A DNA stretch of 21,386 nt from Gemmatimonadota bacterium (GTDB lineage: Bacteria > Gemmatimonadota > Gemmatimonadetes > Gemmatimonadales > GWC2-71-9). Under the pieces are notes generated by a model that searched no databases, was not told the DNA's origin, and saw nothing but the letters and a program-made list of their open reading frames with translations. The stretch lies in the NCBI GenBank assembly GCA_039586365.1, contig JBDHKN010000077.1, forward strand, positions 1 through 21,386, read 5' to 3'. Position numbers and translations under genes: made by a program. Positions 8,498 through 16,588 of the stretch are shown one piece after another (within the stretch, counting starts at the first letter, position 1; each line of letters starts with the position of its first letter).

Positions 8498-8545
8498 CGG
8501 CGTAGGGGCGAGAGGTGCGTCCTCTGAGGACGCGCACCTACGCCG
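8498..8545. repeat. REP-like nested palindrome (GTAG...CTAC)
   Basis: Outer arms CGGCGTAGG (8498-8506) / CCTACGCCG (8537-8545); inner GCGTCCTC-T-GAGGACGC (8517-8533). Contains GTAGGGGCG. Confidence 0.55.
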
Positions 8546-8595
8546 AGCCCAGCCTCATTAGGCCGGGATTGTGTGGCGGAGCCGTCTCGATCACC

Positions 8596-9927
8596 TCACC
8601 GATACCTCAGCAACCCGCCAAACCAATCTCGCACGCCCTCACCCTCCAACTCCCCAAGCACATCCAGCGCCTGATCCGTACTATTCACCTCCCGTCGCAC
8701 GAGCTCGCGACACCAGTTGAAGAACTGCTCGCGCCCCACACGCTCGGCCAGCTCGTGCAGCAAGACCGGCCCCTTGCTGTAGAGCACCATCCGGATCTCC
8801 CGCGACTGCTCGTCACTCGAGTAGTCACTCCGGTCAAGCCCCCAGATCGGGCGTGTGCCTTCACCCTCTTCTCTCTTCCGTTCGATTCGGGTCTCGTACT
8901 CGGCCGTGCCGAACGCATCTCTGATCACCAACAGCGCAGAGTACTCCGCAAACGACTCGTTGAGCCAATCCTCCCAGCTCGTGGCAGGCGCTCGCCGCCA
9001 CCACACATGCGCGGCCTCGTGAGACAGATACCGCAGCAGATCCGCTCGCTGTTCTGGAGCTGAAAGCGCTCCCATCTGACCCAACACAATGAGCCCGGGT
9101 CTCGAGTAGCCGCCGCCGCGACTCCGTTTGGACTGCACCAGGTTCAGGGATCGTTGGTCGATCTCACCAAACCAGCCGGAGTATTGGGTGAGTACCGCCA
9201 CTGCATCTCTCCCCAAGCGCTGGACATCCGATTCGCCCATGAAGTAGAAGAAGACCTGCACCGAATACCCATCTCGACTGAACCGTCTGGTGCGGAGATT
9301 GCGCGCACCGGCAAGCACGATGTCGTTAGTGGGCATACTCGACTCGAGATGCCAACCGCGAGAAGTGCGCTTAGCAGTTCCGACGCTTCTCATCTCGTAC
9401 GCTGAATCGATCGTGAGATCGACGGCGAAGGTGAACGGACCGTATTCGTCGTAGTTGTAGGGAAACCATGGGAAGTAGAGACCGAGTTCGATCCACTCCT
9501 CCGAAATGTGGTTCGCCAACCACCACGGCCAGGTATCCACGACACCAGCATACTCGAAGCGCAGGTCGGTGCGTTCTCCTTCCGCTAGCGGTCGGCTCAG
9601 CTGGACTTGAACGGCCCGGGCCTCCGGCATGTATGGGACATCGGCGGAATCCGGCTTGGCGGAGGCGTGCGTCGCCACGAGACTGCCGTCCACTACCTCC
9701 AGCTCGAGCTGTCGATGCAGATAGAATGTCAGTACTTGGAGACCATCGACCGGTGACAAGAACGAGAGCTCCGCAGTCGCGCCAATGAGCTGACTGTCCG
9801 GTTCCACGGTCGCAGCGATCGCGTAATGACTCGCATCGGAGCGCGGTCCGTCGACCGCACAGGAGCCCAGCGCTACAACGAACAACGTTGCGTACAGTGG
9901 AGGAGTCGCGTAGTCGCGCAGAGACAT
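8596..9927 (-). CDS. M1-family (gluzincin) zinc aminopeptidase-like lipoprotein
   Basis: HEAAH followed by WLNESFAEY, downstream LYSKGPVLLHEL, N-terminal beta-domain (HYAIAATVEP, WFP) and LGSC lipobox. The start is uncertain because it sits in a repeat tract with no clear SD. Confidence 0.9.
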   Translation of the reverse strand: MSLRDYATPPLYATLFVVALGSCAVDGPRSDASHYAIAATVEPDSQLIGATAELSFLSPVDGLQVLTFYLHRQLELEVVDGSLVATHASAKPDSADVPYMPEARAVQVQLSRPLAEGERTDLRFEYAGVVDTWPWWLANHISEEWIELGLYFPWFPYNYDEYGPFTFAVDLTIDSAYEMRSVGTAKRTSRGWHLESSMPTNDIVLAGARNLRTRRFSRDGYSVQVFFYFMGESDVQRLGRDAVAVLTQYSGWFGEIDQRSLNLVQSKRSRGGGYSRPGLIVLGQMGALSAPEQRADLLRYLSHEAAHVWWRRAPATSWEDWLNESFAEYSALLVIRDAFGTAEYETRIERKREEGEGTRPIWGLDRSDYSSDEQSREIRMVLYSKGPVLLHELAERVGREQFFNWCRELVRREVNSTDQALDVLGELEGEGVRDWFGGLLRYR

Positions 9928-9965
9928 AGTCGCTCAGTCGCTCAGTCGCCCAGTCGCCCAGTGCC
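9904..9965. repeat. Octamer tandem repeat (AGTCGCNN)n
   Basis: AGTCGCGT AGTCGCGC agagacat AGTCGCTC AGTCGCTC AGTCGCCC AGTCGCCC AGTGCC, all in 8-nt register. Confidence 0.85.
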
Positions 9966-10133
9966 GGGCGTGAAGTACTGCAGCAAGTTGTACAGCGTGT
10001 CGGCGTTGCCGCCCAAGCGCCAGATGGCGAGGCGGTGCAAGCCTACGCCGGGAGCTGGCTGTGCACAACCGGGCCTACCTCCGTTCACAGTTGTACAGTC
10101 CCTGCACCGTCGCCTGCATTATAGCTTCCAAGG

Positions 10134-10220
10134 TCAAAGATGCTCGCTATTCAGTTTGGTGCGCAGGGTCTCGCCCTCGACATACTGCATCACGTAGTAA
10201 ACGAACTTGCCTGCCTCACC
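10134..10220 (-). pseudogene. Internal fragment of a Hanks-type Ser/Thr protein kinase
   Basis: GEAGKFVYYVMQYVEGETLRTKL matches the subdomain IV-V/hinge pattern of bacterial Pkn kinases. No Gly-loop, VAxK, HRD or DFG is seen nearby; stop at 10134-10136. Confidence 0.75.
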
Positions 10221-10511
10221 TAGCGCCGTATCAGCGTCCCCACCACCACTCCCGCACCCGCGGGGCCAAGACAGAGACCGAACCTGGAGCCGAGGGCGAA
10301 GCGCGGCTTCCCGCATCCAACGATTGGCGGAAGCACAGAAGTGCTGAAATCCCTTTTTCGCCAGCACCTTGCTTGCAAGATACACACGTGAACATTATAT
10401 ATGTTACATAGTTATTGTGCGCTGAGGCCTGCTGTGGCATCGGGCCGTCGCTCCCGCTCGGACGTTGGCGCTCAGCCCGCCACTTGCGGTAGTTTCTGTC
10501 CGGAGGAAGCC

Positions 10512-10877
10512 ATGAGACCATCGCTCCTAATCGCCGTCGGTCTCCTAGCCGTCGGCTGTATCAATACCAACGTGCAGCGACTGGATCAGGCTGTACGCCC
10601 AGCCGGTTTACCCGACTCGGTCGCAGTGCTGCTCGAGGAACCCGACCAACCCTACACCGTCATTGCCGTCGTCAAGTCGAGTAGCTCAACGGTGTTCGAC
10701 AGTTTCGACGACCTACGCAAGAAGATGATTGCCGAGGCGGCAGCGCTCGGGGGGGATGCCCTGATCCTGGGACCCGAAGAGAAGAAGTCGACTATCATCT
10801 TCAACACGGTCGGTTTCGTCAAGTCGGATCGGAAAGACCTTGCTGGCAAAGTGATCGTGTTCAACCGACGAGGTTGA
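10512..10877 (+). CDS. Small lipoprotein, YbjQ/RcsF-like fold (121 aa)
   Basis: ATG 10512 with GGAGG SD, AVGC lipobox, P..PYTVIAVV and MIAEAAALGGDALIL patterns typical of this fold. Confidence 0.85.
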   Translation: MRPSLLIAVGLLAVGCINTNVQRLDQAVRPAGLPDSVAVLLEEPDQPYTVIAVVKSSSSTVFDSFDDLRKKMIAEAAALGGDALILGPEEKKSTIIFNTVGFVKSDRKDLAGKVIVFNRRG

Positions 10878-10888
10878 TCGCTGGACCA

Positions 10889-11908
10889 ATGAGAATCGCC
10901 CAAGCCTGCGGCTTCACCGCTTCACTCCTGGCCTGTGCCTGCACGAGTCCTGAGGGCGGGACGCTACGGCCTAGCCTCGCGTTCCGGATCAGCGCAGAGA
11001 CAGGTAGGAATGCCCGCGATCTCACAGTGGGCCGCGCGGGCAACGTCTTCGTGTTCGATTATGACGAGTACTTCATTCGGCAGTTCGACTCGGCGGGGAG
11101 ACTCCTAACCACGTTCGGCGGTGTGGGAGACGAGCCAGGTCGCTTCGAGCATCTGATGGCGATCAGAGCGCATGGGGATAGCCTCCTTGCGCTAGATCCC
11201 GGCTCAGTCTCCGTGTTCGACCTTGCTGGCAACCTGCGATCGCGTAGGTCCCTGGCGGACACGGTCGTGTGCGATCATCCCCGCATGCATACTGATGGGC
11301 GCTGGGCGGCAGCGTGTATTGTCAGCGAGACGGCCGAGCATACGCTCACGTACAGGAGAACGGACGGAAGCGAAGCGAGGGCAGTGGTGTCCTACTCCCT
11401 CGGTGAGTTCTTCCCGGGGGTTGAGCCCGGAGAACTCTTCTACATCAACCCCACACAGGCTCGCACCTACCGGTACGATTTCACACCGGACGGGCGGCTG
11501 GTGTGGGCAACGTCTGACCGGCTCCGAGTTCTCATGGACCAAGAGGGTGTTGATGTAACGCTGTTCGACGCAGAGGCAACGGCGGTGCCCTTCCCGGAGG
11601 ACGAGATTGCAGCGATGCAAGAGCGTCAGGCCGGCCTGGGTCCCCCCCTGTTCATGAACGTTCCCGATCACTTCCAGCTGGTACAACACCTTGTCATCAC
11701 TGAATCGGGTGATGTGTGGCTCTACATAATGAGCCAAGAAAGGACCGGCTTGCTGCGTCTGTCTGCGACGGGTAGGGAAACAGGTTTCTATGCTGTAGCC
11801 GCCGACTTCGATCTGGTGTCCGCCCGCCTTACCACCGCAAACGAGCGTCTCTACTTCATGGTCCGCAGTCCAGAAGAAACGGCGATTCACAGCGTCGAAT
11901 TACCCTGA
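10889..11908 (+). CDS. 6-bladed beta-propeller (NHL-like) protein, probable lipoprotein
   Basis: LLACAC signal end; NHL-like DLTVGRAGNVFVFD..IRQFDSAGRLLTTFGGVGDEPGRF and SVFDLAGN. Alternative TTG start at 10874 overlaps the upstream stop, so it is probably co-transcribed. Confidence 0.85.
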   Translation: MRIAQACGFTASLLACACTSPEGGTLRPSLAFRISAETGRNARDLTVGRAGNVFVFDYDEYFIRQFDSAGRLLTTFGGVGDEPGRFEHLMAIRAHGDSLLALDPGSVSVFDLAGNLRSRRSLADTVVCDHPRMHTDGRWAAACIVSETAEHTLTYRRTDGSEARAVVSYSLGEFFPGVEPGELFYINPTQARTYRYDFTPDGRLVWATSDRLRVLMDQEGVDVTLFDAEATAVPFPEDEIAAMQERQAGLGPPLFMNVPDHFQLVQHLVITESGDVWLYIMSQERTGLLRLSATGRETGFYAVAADFDLVSARLTTANERLYFMVRSPEETAIHSVELP

Positions 11909-11988
11909 TGGTCGGGGGGAGAGGTCGTCAATTTTTGGTCTTGCCCACCTCCACAGTCAGCCGGCTGGGATGCCCCCGGGCCCGCGTT

Positions 11989-12315
11989 CTACTTCACCCC
12001 GTAGCGCGCCGCTTCGTCGAACAAGTCGATCACTTTGACCTGGCTGTGGAACACCGCGGAGTGCGGCACTCCGTCAGGTATGAAGTAGGTGTCCCCCTTG
12101 CGGAGCCGCTTAGGCTCTCCACCTATCGTTAACGTCATCTCCCCAGCGAGAACAACTCCAAACTGGGCTCTGTGGCTGTGCTCAGGTACCGCGCCGATCG
12201 GGGCGATGTCCATGAATACGAGTTGCTGCTGCGGCCCCTGTAGCAGCCACCCTTGGACGCCGTCGAATGGAATGTCTGCCCGCGGTAGTTCAGTGATCAT
12301 GCTGGGATATTCCAT
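11989..12315 (-). CDS. Cupin_2 domain protein (108 aa)
   Basis: ATG 12315 with GGAG SD. Motif 1 VPEHSH..QFGVVLAGEM and motif 2 GDTYFIPDGVPH. Confidence 0.92.
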   Translation of the reverse strand: MEYPSMITELPRADIPFDGVQGWLLQGPQQQLVFMDIAPIGAVPEHSHRAQFGVVLAGEMTLTIGGEPKRLRKGDTYFIPDGVPHSAVFHSQVKVIDLFDEAARYGVK

Positions 12316-12348
12316 GCTTGTCTCCACAGTCTTCGGTTACGATAACGG

Positions 12349-12402
12349 TTGATTCTAACTCACACTTAAGTATATATATACTTTGAAAATACATATATAG
12401 AC
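12349..12402. promoter_or_regulatory. Divergent promoter region with perfect 16-bp palindrome
   Basis: AAGTATATATATACTT (12368-12383) is a perfect inverted repeat; degenerate copy AAATACATATATAGAC at 12387-12402; plus-strand TTGATT (12349-12354), N16, TATATA. Confidence 0.6.
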
Positions 12403-12559
12403 TATGGCTAATCTGGGCCGACGCAATATTTCACAGTGGAGCACCCGTGGTGATCATATCCAGGCACTGAAGATGCTCTCTGACAGACAGAACGAATCCA
12501 CCACGCTGTGCAATAGGCAATAAGGCACTAGGAACGATACGACGACCTGTGAGGGAAAA

Positions 12560-13192
12560 ATGGAAGAACTGCGATCGGACGGACTGGACCGTCGCGGATT
12601 CCTGGGCGGTTTGCTGCCAGCCTGTGCAATGACCTGCATGGGCTCCTTCGCGCTGTCACTCGGCAGCCCGAATCGAGCCGACGCAGCCCTGCAGCAAGAC
12701 ACACACAAGTTCGACGCTCTGGTCGATCCGGTACCCACTTGGCGCCGGCTCGAGATGGTGAAGATTGCCCGCTTCCTGGAGTTCTCTCAGTATCTGGCGG
12801 AGCAGATGGGGCGAGATCGGGTCATCGAGATCCTCAAGGACTTTCAGTCGCAGCGCAACGCGAGCCAGGCCAGGAGAGCCACGCAGAGGTTGGGGTCCGA
12901 CGACTTCGACGCGTTCAAGAGGTTCTACAACCCGTCGATACCGGCGTTGAACCGGATCGTCACCATGGAGATCGTTGAGAACACGGACACGGTGTACGAG
13001 TGGAGGATCACCGAGTGTATCAACACCGAGCCGTACCTGCGTGCCAACGCGGGTGACCTGGGCTACGCGGCCGCGTGCTTCGGGGACTATGCTTTTGCCC
13101 AGAACTTCAACCCCGCAATCAGATTGGCCCGTGACATGACCATCATGGAGGGTCATCCCTACTGCAACCACCACTATACCTGGGAGGGATGA
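12560..13192 (+). CDS. L-2-amino-thiazoline-4-carboxylic acid hydrolase (ATC_hydrolase)-family protein with Tat signal
   Basis: GAGG SD, DRRGFL twin-arginine motif and ADA cleavage-like site. Family-like C-terminus ITEC...LGYAAACFGDYAFAQNFNPAIRLARDMTIMEGHPYCNHHY. Confidence 0.85.
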   Translation: MEELRSDGLDRRGFLGGLLPACAMTCMGSFALSLGSPNRADAALQQDTHKFDALVDPVPTWRRLEMVKIARFLEFSQYLAEQMGRDRVIEILKDFQSQRNASQARRATQRLGSDDFDAFKRFYNPSIPALNRIVTMEIVENTDTVYEWRITECINTEPYLRANAGDLGYAAACFGDYAFAQNFNPAIRLARDMTIMEGHPYCNHHYTWEG

Positions 13193-13600
13193 CAGAGGCT
13201 CGTTCGCGGCGCCGCGGTCTGTGCCACTTCCAAGTTGACGCAGTATGCGAGTGCATTTGCTTCTGGCGGATTCGCCACAATGGTCGGACTACGAATGCCG
13301 GAGCGGCAGCGGCGGCGAGCACGACCAGCCGAGCCGCCATTCTCAATCGCGAGTAAACGAAGGGCGAGCCAAGGGCCCCGACCTCTTGCGGGCGCATGCA
13401 CCACGCTGCAAGCTGTCGTGTCGCGCTCGCGCCGCAGTCGCTCTCCATTGCAGTAGCAATCGGCGGTAAGCGAGTGATGCTGCCGAGCTAGATATTGCCG
13501 GACAACCGAAGTACGCGGGTGGCCCTTTCGGCCCCGCCGCCGCAGTACGGCGCCCACCGACGACGAGACCTGGGCCGCCGGATACATCGAGAGGTGGTTC

Positions 13601-16057
13601 ATGGAGAACCTGATCCACGATCTACGCTTTTCGCTCCGATCTCTCCGCAGACGTCCTGTGGTCACGGCAATGGCGACGGCCACGATCGCGCTGGGCATAG
13701 GAGCCAGCGTCGCCATCTTCAGCGTGGTGCACGCCGTGCTGCTCCGACCGTTGCCATATCAGGATCCGGAACGGGTGGTGCACATCATGAATCGCTCCAA
13801 CACGGCGAGCAGACTTCTCGTTGCCTTTCGCGACGTCGTGGACTACCAAGAGCAAGCCACGCTCTTTGAACACATCGGAGCGCGGACGGCCGTCCCGTTC
13901 GATGCCACCCTGACCGGTGGGGAAGAGCCAGTGCACGTCAGAGCTGTACAGGTCACGAACAACCTGTTCTCCGTCCTCGGGTTCGAACCTGCGCTGGGAA
14001 GGGGGTTCCTGTCGGAGGACGCCACCATTCCCGGGGCCGAGTCGGAAAACGACAGCGTTCCCCCCACTCCTCCCGGGTTGATGCTGAGCCACGGGCTTTG
14101 GCTGCGCGCCTCCGGAGGCGACCCGGACATTATCGGCCGCAACATAGAGATCAACGGCATGTCCGGCAGAGTGATAGGCGTTATGCCGAGGGACTTCGCG
14201 ATTCTTCCCTACAGCGAGCGGGCTGGGGAAGCACCGGCTGACCTCTGGCTCCCATTCTTCATTGACTTCCGGGATATGGAACGGCGCGGCCGATCTCTCG
14301 TCGTATACGGACGGTTGAAGCCCGGGGTGACTGTGGAGCAGGCCCAGGCGCAAATGGACGCGATCTCCGTCCGGTTGCAGGAAGAGGAGGTCACCTACCG
14401 GAACGAGAACATCCAGGTCCAAGTGCTTCCGGTCCACCACGACGTCGTCAAGGGAGTCCAACCCGCACTTCTGGTGCTGACCGGAGCGGTGGCCTTTCTC
14501 CTGCTGCTCTCGTGCGCCAACGTCGCGAACCTGTTGCTGGTTCGGGGCCGCGGACGCTTGAACGAACTCTCGACCCGAGCCGCGTTGGGCTGTGGCCGCC
14601 GGCGTCTGGCATCACAGGCGCTGTCCGAGAGCCTCGTTTTGGCTTTGGGTGGTGGCCTCGCGGGGCTGGCACTTTCATGGCTTGCGATCCAGGTGCTGCT
14701 CAGCCTCAAGCCTGCCAACGTGCCTCGGCTCGAGGGCGTTGCGCTGAGCTTGCCAGTCGTTGCGTTCTCGATCGCGGCCTCGCTGCTCGCGGCGGTGCTC
14801 GTAGGGCTTCTGCCAGCGATCGGAGCGAGCCGAATCAACGTCATCGAGGGACTGAAGGACCAGGCACGTGGCTCGATGGGGACCAAGGGCAGCAGGCTGC
14901 TGGGCTCTCTAGTGGTCGTCGAGGTCGCGGTGTCCATGGCCCTGCTAGTGGGAAGCGGGCTTATGGTCCGGAGCTTCAGGGAGCTGCAGCGAGTGCGACC
15001 TGGCTTTGAGCCGCAGGGAGTGCTCACGCTTACCGTGAACGTGTACGGTGAGAGGTATCAGCAGCCCGGGGCATGGCAGGCGTTCATCGAGACACTGACG
15101 GGCCGCCTGCGAGGACTGCCGGGCGTGGAGCAGGTAGGAGGCGTGAGCCAGGTGCCTCTCTCTGGCAAGATCTGGAACGGTCCTTATGCCTGGGACGAAG
15201 ACAGCGAAGCACGGTGGCCGGCAGCCCGCGCAGCCTACCGAGTCATCAGTGGCAACTACTTCCAGGCGATGGGAACACGCCTCCTCGCCGGTCGCGCGTT
15301 TTCGGAGGGAGATACCTGGGAGTACCAGGAGCACACGTCGCCAGTGATCGTCGATGAGAAACTAGCGCGCGAAGCCTGGCCAAACGAAGATCCCATCGGG
15401 AAGACGTTCATTGCCATGCGATCGCGTGAGCGTGTCGAGGTGGTGGGCGTCGTGGAGCACATACGGCACCGAAGTCTCCAACGCGAGACTTATGGCACCA
15501 TCTACTTCCCACAACCCGGCATCCCAAACGTCGTGATACGCGCGTCGGGCGACCTGGCAGCGCTGACCAGCGCGGTTCGCCGAGAAGTCAACGCCCTCGA
15601 CCCAACGCTCAGCATCTACAACGTGGCGACGCTCAAGGGATTGGTGGACGATCAACTCGCGCCCACCCACTTCACGTTGTTTCTCATGAGCGTGTTTGCG
15701 GCCGTGGCTCTGGTGCTGGCAACGGTGGGCTTGTACGGCGTCATATCCTATGCGGTGCGGCAGCGCACCGCCGAGATCGGCATTCGCATGACGTTTGGAG
15801 CCGACAAGGATCGCATCCTCCGGCTCGTCGTAGGCCGTGGAGTGCTCCTGACCGTGCTGGGAGTGGTGGCCGGTGTGGCCGCCGTCCTGGCGCTTTCCAG
15901 GTTCATGAGCAGTCTCCTGTACGAGGTGTCCGCCAACGACCCGATGACGCTCGTCATTGTGGCCGTCCTGCTGTCGATCGTAGGGCTCGTTGCCTCATAC
16001 GTACCGGCCCGCCGGGCTACGAGGATCGATCCCGTGGCAGCGCTGAGAACGGAATAG
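13601..16057 (+). CDS. ADOP-family duplicated ABC permease (2x MacB periplasmic + FtsX), 818 aa
   Basis: GAGGT SD. MENLIHDLRFSLRSL, ALGIGASVAIFSVVHAVLLRPLPY, LSCANVANLLL, RTAEIGIRM, PARRATRIDPVAALRTE. No adjacent ATPase gene. Confidence 0.95.
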   Translation: MENLIHDLRFSLRSLRRRPVVTAMATATIALGIGASVAIFSVVHAVLLRPLPYQDPERVVHIMNRSNTASRLLVAFRDVVDYQEQATLFEHIGARTAVPFDATLTGGEEPVHVRAVQVTNNLFSVLGFEPALGRGFLSEDATIPGAESENDSVPPTPPGLMLSHGLWLRASGGDPDIIGRNIEINGMSGRVIGVMPRDFAILPYSERAGEAPADLWLPFFIDFRDMERRGRSLVVYGRLKPGVTVEQAQAQMDAISVRLQEEEVTYRNENIQVQVLPVHHDVVKGVQPALLVLTGAVAFLLLLSCANVANLLLVRGRGRLNELSTRAALGCGRRRLASQALSESLVLALGGGLAGLALSWLAIQVLLSLKPANVPRLEGVALSLPVVAFSIAASLLAAVLVGLLPAIGASRINVIEGLKDQARGSMGTKGSRLLGSLVVVEVAVSMALLVGSGLMVRSFRELQRVRPGFEPQGVLTLTVNVYGERYQQPGAWQAFIETLTGRLRGLPGVEQVGGVSQVPLSGKIWNGPYAWDEDSEARWPAARAAYRVISGNYFQAMGTRLLAGRAFSEGDTWEYQEHTSPVIVDEKLAREAWPNEDPIGKTFIAMRSRERVEVVGVVEHIRHRSLQRETYGTIYFPQPGIPNVVIRASGDLAALTSAVRREVNALDPTLSIYNVATLKGLVDDQLAPTHFTLFLMSVFAAVALVLATVGLYGVISYAVRQRTAEIGIRMTFGADKDRILRLVVGRGVLLTVLGVVAGVAAVLALSRFMSSLLYEVSANDPMTLVIVAVLLSIVGLVASYVPARRATRIDPVAALRTE

Positions 16058-16088
16058 AGTGACGATCGACGAGTGACGAGTGACGAAG
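16057..16088. repeat. Heptamer tandem repeat (GACGAGT)n
   Basis: GAGT GACGATC GACGAGT GACGAGT GACGAAG directly at the permease stop. Confidence 0.75.
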
Positions 16089-16357
16089 GGCGGGAAAAGG
16101 CGGGCGACGGCGGTAGCTGAACTCATGCCGAAGTTCCCGCCTGCGCGAAGCTCAAATCACTAATCCGCAATATGCGGTCGTCGAGCTTTAGTACCGCCAG
16201 CTCGTCGTGTCCGCTCCGGACGTTGCAGTTGCCAGGATTCGTCCGAGCATTCCGGGTAGCGCCCGCTGTTGCACAGTCTCAGGTATGGGCCGGTCGGGGG
16301 TCAGGCCAGGGTGCAAGACAGAATCCCGAGCGCCGCGAGACGCCCGAGAGCTGTATC

Positions 16358-16588
16358 ATGCGAGTCCCCCTGACACCCGGTGCTGTTTTCATGCTTGCGG
16401 TCGGGCTCACGACCTGTAGTGCCGCTGATTGCCGAGTTCACGACCGAAGGGAATGGCTCAACACGAGTGCGTGTGGACGTTGGGGAAGAACACTACGTCG
16501 TCAATTGGCATACCCGCGATTACGACCTAGAGTGGAAGGGGTCAAGAATCTCACCACGGGCGAGTTCGTCGTGTTCCAGCGAACATAA
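16358..16588 (+). pseudogene. Possible degraded small lipoprotein gene
   Basis: ATG 16358 gives signal-like MRVPLTPGAVFMLAVGLTTC. Protein-like sequence continues in the +1 frame (PLIAEFTTEGNGSTRVRVDVGEEHYVVNWHTRDYDLEW), then returns to the first frame (GVKNLTTGEFVVFQRT*). No family recognised. Confidence 0.3.

Noticed and set aside
9986..10098. 10-bp direct repeat AGTTGTACAG at 9986 and 10089 as a target-site duplication
   Set aside because: The enclosed ~93 nt has no terminal inverted repeats; too short to separate from chance or an operator.
10363..10378. CAGCACCTTGCTTGCA as a sigma54 promoter
   Set aside because: Lacks the invariant GG at -24.
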